Source: Antedon mediterranea
Taxonomy: Eukaryota; Animalia; Echinodermata
DNA length: 64,000 bases
Direction: 5' to 3'
NCBI RefSeq assembly: GCF_964355755.1
Contig: NC_092675.1
Coordinates: 16,278,912-16,342,911, forward strand
Shown: positions 56,501 through 64,000 of the stretch, in pieces
Layout: every line of letters starts with the position of its first letter
How positions within the stretch are numbered: the first letter of the stretch is position 1
Program-made: the position numbers and the translations under genes
The notes under the pieces: generated by a model
The model's input: only the letters and a program-made list of their open reading frames with translations
What the model was told of the DNA's origin: nothing
The model's database searches: none

Positions 56501-59500
56501 ATACCAACTCATTTCAATTTTTTGTACAAAACGTACTTGATAGACGTAATATAGTCCATAGTCTAGGTTCTAGATCAAAATTAGTAAAGATTTTAGCATA
56601 TTTTGGCACATATGGCGTTTCATACATATAATATAACCAGGGAGTTTTATTTTACAACTCCCTGATATAACTATACATAGTCCAGAGTTTTCTTCAACCA
56701 CTGAACTGAATCTGGGCCAACAGTGTGAACATAACTATTTTAATAATTTTATTTTCCTAATTATTCCATAAATTAATGTAATGCTTATGATTTTAGGATC
56801 CACATGGAGAATTGAAAGGTCAAAATGTTTTGATTATTCGTGGTAATTTAGCAAAGACAGCTGATCATCTAGGCATAGATAAAGAAAGCGCTGCTACTTC
56901 CCTCTACAAGGCTAAAGACATTCTATTTCAGGCTAGACTACAGCGTCCCAGACCACACCTTGATGATAAAATGATAACGGCTTGGAACGGTAAGACTAAT
57001 TACATTTTTCTCTAATATCGAAAGTGAATCTTCGTGAAATGAATTTTCTTCTTTTTCACAAGTGTTATGTACTGGAAAAAAAAATGTGCTTTAAATTACA
57101 GTAAAACTGGCTATTCACCATCCCCATATAAATTCAACTTCAAAATGTTAATTTACAGTGCTATTTTGTCAATGACTAAAGCTAATACTAGAGTAGGGTC
57201 CAAAATTACTAGCCTAATATCAATATAATTTTTTTCTCTTATTATTATTGCTGCTGTTAGGATTAATGCTGTCCGCATATGCGAGGGCCGGGCAAGTACT
57301 GAGAGATGATCGGTTTACTCAGATAGCAGTGAGGGCAGCAGAGTTCATTAAACAAGAGCTGTATGATCAGAACACTAACACATTGTTTAGAACTGCTTAC
57401 AAAGCAGATGCAAAGGCCACTGAAAGGTACTGTGTAGAAGGGTTTAACAATTATATTTTTTTGTTTTTTTCGGAGAAATAAAATACATTAACATACTACT
57501 GTATATTGTTGTAACAATACTGCATTTAATAAAGAACCATGTAATTCCACTAACTCAAGAACTGATTTATTTTATTCAGTTCATTACATCATTACATTCC
57601 AAAACAAATTTATTTTTTTAGGCCTACTTTGATCTCTGGATTCACGGATGATTATGCCTTTCTTATTCGAGGATTGTTGGATCTGTATGAGGCATGTTTT
57701 GATGAGGAATTGATCAAATGGGCTGAGCAACTGCAACAAACTCAAGATAAACTTTTCTGGGATGATAACAATGGTGGTGCAGGCTACTTCTCTGTCGCTG
57801 CAAATGATCCAAATATATTACTTCGTCTAAAAGAAGGTATTAGTTATTTATTTGTGATCATAAAAGCTGCATTGACTTGAACTGAACTGATTTTGATGGC
57901 AGACTAAATTTCAACAAGATTTGAACTCGTCATTTTGACAAGTTAGTTACCCGCAAAACAAAAGCCTTGTGCGTGTCATACGGTAGAATATTGCGCACAG
58001 AAAAAGATTATGGCATTATGACCTGAAGAAAATATAATGTTGTTAGTGTGCTATCTGTAGTGTTTTGTGTCTAAGTATATACAGTATAATACACTATATA
58101 CTGTATGTATACATACAGTGTAGCATAGGTTGAATTATGGGACCCGCCTTTTATTCCAATTTTTAACATGATGACGTCATCAAAATGAAACACGAAGATA
58201 GCAATTTTGAAAGAAAATAGTCTGAGCAACAAAACATATTAACATGTTGAAGAGATTTGAATACGTATAAAATAGATGCGTGCTCTTTTAAATGTGATGA
58301 ACTATGATGCAAAAGATGAAAATCTGACTTTTTTTATTGAACTGGCCATATAATGTCACAACATCCAATTGGCAACATTTTTACATGAATGACATGAATG
58401 AAATTCTTACAAAGGTAATTGATTGAGTAAACATATATTAAAATCTGGGAGAAATTGAGGTACGAATAAGTGAGATGTGATCTAGTTAATGTGATGAGCT
58501 ATGAAGAAAGAGAAAAAAATCAGGTGTCTAGAAAACTCAGATCTCGGATATATCTATCTGACTTTTCTAGATCTAGAAAACTCAGATATGTTGAAATGAT
58601 GTCAATTATTTTTTTAAATGACAAGAAAAGGCTGGAAAAAATAATTCAAGAGAAAAAAACATGATTTTCATACTCCATTTGCACCGTAGAAATGACATTT
58701 TACATATAAATTTACACTATCTAGTATACTCATTTTTGTCAAAAATCAATAAAATATGCACATTTTCCACAAAATTAGCATCATAATTACAGATTTTTAA
58801 TACAAGTTGGGTAGCAATGGATAGAATATTTTTATATATACTGTAAATATATTTTTTTGATACCAAAAAGTTTTTATCCAAACACTTAAATTATTTAATA
58901 TTATATAAATAAACATAACAATTACGCTACCAAATATTCATTTTTTTGTATAAAGAATAATTTAACCCGAAAATGTGTTTTTTGGTCATTTTTTGGTCAA
59001 AGGTCAGTAAAAGCATTTCCGGTCATTTTTTCGGTAAAAGTTGTGTTAGACTGAATATAAATATGTATATTCTGAACAATTTTCCACCAAAAGAACACTT
59101 GAATTATTTATTATTATAAATAAACAAAAATAAATTTACACTATTTAATACTCATTTTACTATTAGTAACAAAAATAATAAAATATGCACATTTTTAACA
59201 AAATTAGCATCATAATTACAGATTTTTAATACAAGTTGGGTAGCAATGGATAGAATATTTTATGGGGCTTTCATTTGATACCAAATAGTTTTTCCAAACA
59301 CTTAAATTATTTAATATTTAATATAAATAAACATAACAATTACGCTACCAAATATTCATTTTCTGTATAAAAATATGCACATTTTCCATACAATTAGCTT
59401 CATAATTAAAAATTGTCAGTACAAGTTGGGTAGCAATGGGTAGCATATTGTCTATGCTTTCATTGGATACCATACAGTTTGTCTATAGGCATTTGAAAGA

Positions 59501-61488
59501 ATAATTTAACCAGAAAATGTGTTTTTTGGTCATTTTTGGGTCAAAGGTCAGTGAAAGCATTTCCGGTCATTTTTTCGCTAAAAGTTGTGTTAGACCGAAT
59601 ATAAATATGTATATTCTGAACAATTTGACACCAAAAGCAAATCTGTACGACAAGTGGTTGTCGAGATATAAGAACCACACATTTTTAACCCTTGACCCCG
59701 ATTTTGGGCATGTTCGTCCCGGATAGCGAATTTGGCAAACATTCCATGTTGTTCGTTGGGGTCAAATTATCCTATAACAGTTGAGATATTCTCTCCTAAA
59801 TTAAATGCATACAAATCTGACCCAGGTCCTAATAACTAATAGGAATTTTTGATAAATCTTATAGAAAGTTTTATTTTTTTATTTTTATTTTATTTTATTT
59901 TATTTCATACTCAAATGCATGTGCGTGCATAACTTTTTGTAAAAAATTCCATTTTTAATCCACAGAAAGTTTGGCCTTGATATGAATTAAATTTTTACCA
60001 AGTGTCAATACAAAATTACTTTTCATTTTTATTCTATGATCAATTATTGAAATTACTAAATCGAGCGTACAGTAAGTCAATTAAAAAAATAGGAGGTGCA
60101 CAACTTCATGTAAATATCCATTTATGTTGACAAAGTTGTGAAATGTTTTGTTTCCACATTTTTGAGTTACACGAGACACAAAAATGCCAGAAAGAAAGAA
60201 AGAATAATACAGAAAATAATGATTTCATACAATAACAAGGAGTTATACGCTACATTGCGGATAACTAATAAAATCCTTAAGCTCTGTGTGATGTACCCAA
60301 ATATGGTAGTGATATAAAATCATCATGTCCATATATGAGCATTTCACATTTTTTTGTCACATAAAGTTTGATAGTATTGACAGAGTTTTACAGCTAGTAA
60401 AATGTGACCAACGGTGCAGGGTATGTAAGACAGCCTCTTGGTTATCAGCATATGCTGTTTAGGGTCACCCTCTATAAATAAAGTTAAATACAGTAAATAA
60501 ATAAAAAAGTATGTTAGCAAGATTGGATATAAATCATAGGAATATGTTGCTTTATCTCTTGTAGATCAAGATGGAGCTGAACCGAGTCCAAACTCTGTGT
60601 CTGCCCTCAACCTTATTCGGTTGTCAGACTACCTTGACCATGAACCATATCGGGAAATGGCGAGGGCACTGTTAAACACGTTCCATGAGCGTCTTCAAAA
60701 GATACCTATTGCATTACCAGAAATGATGTGTGCTGTTATGAATCTGGAGAAGCCTTCTACACAGGTTAACAAATCAAAATTTATAGTACAGCAGTAGGCT
60801 TAAATTAGACGTCTAGGCCTGTAATCATCCATGGTTGTCATGAGTCAGAAACTGTATGATGATGTTGTTTTTCCTTCCAAAAAGTATACATCCAAACTAG
60901 GCTAGCAGAAAACATTACAACTCTGGCTCTACTGTACATTTTGTGCCGTTATGATTTATTAGAAAATGATTCATATTATCCACTTCAATAAATCTCAGCT
61001 GAGTTTAGCATTTAAACCTTAAATACTGGATATAGTACAGTCAACCTTCCCAATACTGAACTCCAGATAGTTCTTCAGGTCCCAAATTCTTTTTTACCAT
61101 TAAAAACACATTCAGAACACCAGAATTTCTTTAAAATAAGATACAGAGTACTGTTGTACTGTATTTGTTTTTATTGGTGTAATTAAAATATTTTTTGCAT
61201 GTTATAATATTAATTTTAATATTCTAGATATTTATCTGTGGAAGTAATGATTCGTCAGACACTAAGAAGCTACTGGATGTTGTTCATGCACACTTCATAC
61301 CAAACAAAATCCTTGTGGTTACAGATGGCAAAAATAATGAATATCTGAACACAAAACTGAAAATACTGTCAACTCTTGAGAAGAAAGAGGGTAAAGCAAC
61401 TGCTTACGTCTGTGAAAATTACACTTGTAATTTACCTGTAAATTCACCAGTTGATTTAGATAAACTTCTTGCACAGTCAATGGGGTGA
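50515..61488 (+). CDS. SPATA20: Spermatogenesis-associated protein 20 (thioredoxin-like plus alpha/alpha toroid, YyaL family), 800 aa, 12 exons
   Basis: Exons 50515-50732, 51267-51331, 51553-51707, 52041-52383, 52550-52743, 52945-53124, 56147-56359, 56797-56989, 57261-57426, 57622-57836, 60565-60764, 61228-61488 (2403 nt, in frame). Motifs [105 protein letters not shown]. Confidence 0.94.
50832..51060. mobile_element. MITE in SPATA20 intron 1
   Basis: TIR AATTGTCGTATTCGATT / AATCGAATACGACAATT. Internal repeated GTACTCAACG / CGTTGAGTAC motifs. Confidence 0.7.
53200..53390 (-). mobile_element. Deu-domain SINE body fragment
   Basis: The minus strand reads CACTTTAAAGAACCTAGTACATCTTTCGAGACGAGTAGGGGGTTACCCCGGTGTACTAG, similar to the DeuSINE core as recalled. 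A closely related copy lies at about 28480-28580. Confidence 0.65.
53390..55180 (+). mobile_element. CR1-like LINE 3' end (ORF2 terminus, 3' UTR and (GAAAC)n tail), interrupted by a Helentron-like element
   Basis: 53426-53521 encodes [31 protein letters not shown], resembling a CR1 ORF2 end. AATAAA and a (GAAAC)n tail at 55155-55180. Confidence 0.6.
53730..54945 (+). mobile_element. Helentron-associated element (family 2), SPATA20 intron 6
   Basis: 5' hairpin GGTTATCCGC..GCGGATAACC. 3' GCGGATAACC plus hairpin ACTCGTC..GACGAGT plus CTAGT. Confidence 0.75.
55181..55316 (-). mobile_element. tRNA-derived SINE head
   Basis: Minus strand: A box TGGCCGAGCGG, B box GGTTCGAGGC, then GTCTTCTCGGATAAGGACTATAAACCGTAGGT. 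Confidence 0.75.
55560..56052 (+). mobile_element. Degenerate non-LTR retrotransposon 3' fragment with (TTGAA)n tail
   Basis: Translation [37 protein letters not shown] resembles a LINE post-RT region. Microsatellite tail at 56032-56051. Confidence 0.65.
57914..60268 (-). mobile_element. Helentron-associated element (family 2, inverted, with internal tandem duplications), SPATA20 intron 10
   Basis: Both ends are reverse complements of the ends of 53730-54945 (AGATTTGAACTCGTC...; ...GCGGATAACTAAT). Internal duplicated blocks at about 58700-59630. Confidence 0.7.
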
Positions 61489-62188
61489 ATAAGTGGGGCA
61501 ACTATATGAGTTGATTTGGATTGTGTGCATACAAATAAATTCAACTGAGAAATAGTAGATTATGCCAGAGATTCACATAGACTGGTGTTGTACAGGAAAC
61601 TATATCATAAGGTATACTGTATGAATAATATACTGACATTTTATTAAAAACTATTTATTAATATTACTGTACAAATAAATATATAATTAAAGTATTCCAT
61701 TATTGGAAATCTACCAAAAGTAAACCATAGGTTAGATTTTAATTTGTAATCAATTTTTTATCTATTTTAGATAATCTTGGTTATCTCTTATTAAATTGAT
61801 ATTTGTTGGGACTACAGTTAACATACATGCAGTATTTGTATTACTAACTACAGTATGGTTGTTTTGATATCATAATTTATAGGAAATGTGTCAATGCATT
61901 GCATTTTCTATTATTTAGTTACTTGCTACCACATAGTGGACATTTTAAACATTTTTTAGGGCTTCACTTGTGAATAAAAAGAATTAAATAAATTAGAACA
62001 TAAACTAATTTGTGTTATAATTGATGTTCTATTCAACTGGTTCCGAACTAAATGTCAATAAGGTATTTAAGGGTTGTACGTAGGGGAAAAGCTCCTGGAA
62101 GCTAAAAATGTTGGGAAATAAAGATTGTAAACAATAATAAAGAGTAAATTTAAAAGCGTAATATAAAAAACTAAGTTAATAAACTATC

Positions 62189-63911
62189 GAAAGAACTTTA
62201 TTCAATCTCAAAGAAACTTGCAAATAAAACCAAACAACTACAAAGACCAGTGAAGGACAGACAAGGAAATGTTTTACAAGCCAAAGAAGACCAAGCACAA
62301 AGATGGGCAGAGTATTTTGAAGGATTATTGAATCGACCATCACCAGATGAGACGGTAGACATTCCACCAGCTGAAAACATTCTTCAGATCAACTGTAATA
62401 AACCAAGAAGAGAAGAGATCAAGAAAGCTATAAAACATTTGAAGACCGGAAAGTCACCAGGACCAGACGAAATACCACCCGAAGCACTTAAGGCCGACCT
62501 GAACACATCATCACAGATGATGATGGAAATAATCAACATGATATGGGAAATTGAGGAAATACCAAAGGACTGGAAGAAGGGATACATTGTAAAATTACCA
62601 AAGAAAGGCGATCTAATTGAATGCAAAAACTATAGAGGGATAACCATGCTCTCAGTAGCAGGAAAAGTGTTTAACCGAATCCTACTAGACAGAATGATAG
62701 CGGGAGTCGATAGGACCTTAAGAGACAACCAAGCAGGATTTAGGAAAGAGAAATCATGCACTGACCATATTGCCACACTCAGAATAATATTGAATGGAAC
62801 ACACCACTTTGGATGAATTTCATTGACTACGAAAAAGCTTTTGACAGTTTAGACAGACCAACTTTGTGGAAGATAATGAGGCACTACGGCATACCAGAAA
62901 AGTTCATACAAATAATCAGCAAATCATATACAGGAGTCACATTTCAGGTTTTACATGAGAAGTCTTACCAGGGAATTTGAAATTAAAACAGGTGTAAGAC
63001 AAGGAGGATTGATGTCTCCGTTCCTGTTCAATCTTGCAATAGACTGGATAATGAAAGAAACAACACAAGGAAAAAGAAATGGGATTCAATGGACTTTATG
63101 GGAACAATTAGAAGACTTGGACTATGCTGACGACATTGTTCTGTTGTCACAAACACATCAGCAAATGCAAACCAAAACCAGACTTCTTGAAGAAACATCA
63201 AGTATGCTTGGCTTAAATGTAAACATAGCGAAAACTAAAGTAATGGTGGTCAACACACGAAATAATCAGGCAATCCAGCTAATAAGGAAAGGAGAAGCAG
63301 AACCAGTGGAAACTTTTACTTACCTTGGTAGCAAAGTCAACATCAGAGGAGGGACAGAGGAAGATGTAAAAGGAAGGATTGGGAAAGCACAGGTGACTTT
63401 CAATATACTAATAAAAGTATGGAAGGCAAGATTCATCAGCACAGAAACAAAGATCAAAATATTCAACTCAAATGTCAAATCAGTACTGTTATATGGATCA
63501 GAAACATGGAGAACTACTAATCAAATAATAAGGAAAATCCAAGTGTTCATCAATAAATGCCTGAGAAGGATTCTCAGAATATGGTGGCCAGAAAAAATAA
63601 GAAATGAGGATCTATGGGTTAGGACTGGACAAGAGCCGGTGGAATTTGAAATTAGCAGAAGGAAATGGAAATGGATTGGTCACACACTAAGGAAACCAAA
63701 ACACAACATAACTTGGCATGCCCTAACATGGAATCCCCAAGGAAAACGAAAAAGAGGACGCCCAAGGAACACATGGAGGAGGGAACTGGATAAGGAGGTG
63801 AAGGATGCTGGCTATAACTGGACAGAATTGCCCAGAACCGTGTGAGATGGAGACGTGTAGTTGATGGCCTATGCACTGATAGGTGTAACAAGGCTTAAGT
63901 AAGTAAGTAAG
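62189..63911 (+). mobile_element. 5'-truncated RTE-clade non-LTR retrotransposon (frameshifted RT ORF)
   Basis: ORFs 62250-62816 and 62955-63845 carry RT motifs (KKGDLIECKNYRGITML, QAGFRKEKSC, GVRQG, LDYADD, LLYGSETW, WIGHTLR, GKRKRGRPRNTW). (TAAG)n tail at about 63896-63911. 11-bp TSD AATAAACTATC at 62178-62188 and 63912-63922. Confidence 0.95.
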
Positions 63912-64000
63912 AATAAACTATCTACTGGTGGACACCATCTCGCTATGTTTCGGGTTTGGAATAGATATACACATGGTGTGAATTGATAAAGGTAAATAAA

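Overview
AT-rich, intron-rich animal genomic DNA. An invertebrate deuterostome such as an echinoderm is inferred from the SINE content, not proven. By manual GT-AG splicing and recalled protein motifs, four protein-coding genes are present: the 3' ~1,458 codons of USP24 (+, 28 exons, 633-21828), complete GCDH (-, 9 exons, 34245-25154), a MAPK-interacting kinase MKNK/Mnk (+, 45083-48484, probably with several upstream first exons) and complete SPATA20 (+, 12 exons, 50515-61488). A 5'-truncated RTE LINE with an 11-bp TSD follows SPATA20. Introns hold many non-autonomous transposons (Harbinger-, piggyBac-, hAT-, MULE-, Kolobok-like, Helitron, Helentron), SINEs, LINE fragments and minisatellites. 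The most notable observations are: an Mnk with DLG in place of the family-defining DFD; a possible multi-promoter, uORF-rich Mnk 5' end sharing a promoter with GCDH; a 5S-rRNA-headed SINE that appears to supply a USP24 branch point; a three-level nested insertion; and a degenerate Penelope-type hammerhead motif. I found no convincing wholly new multi-gene system.
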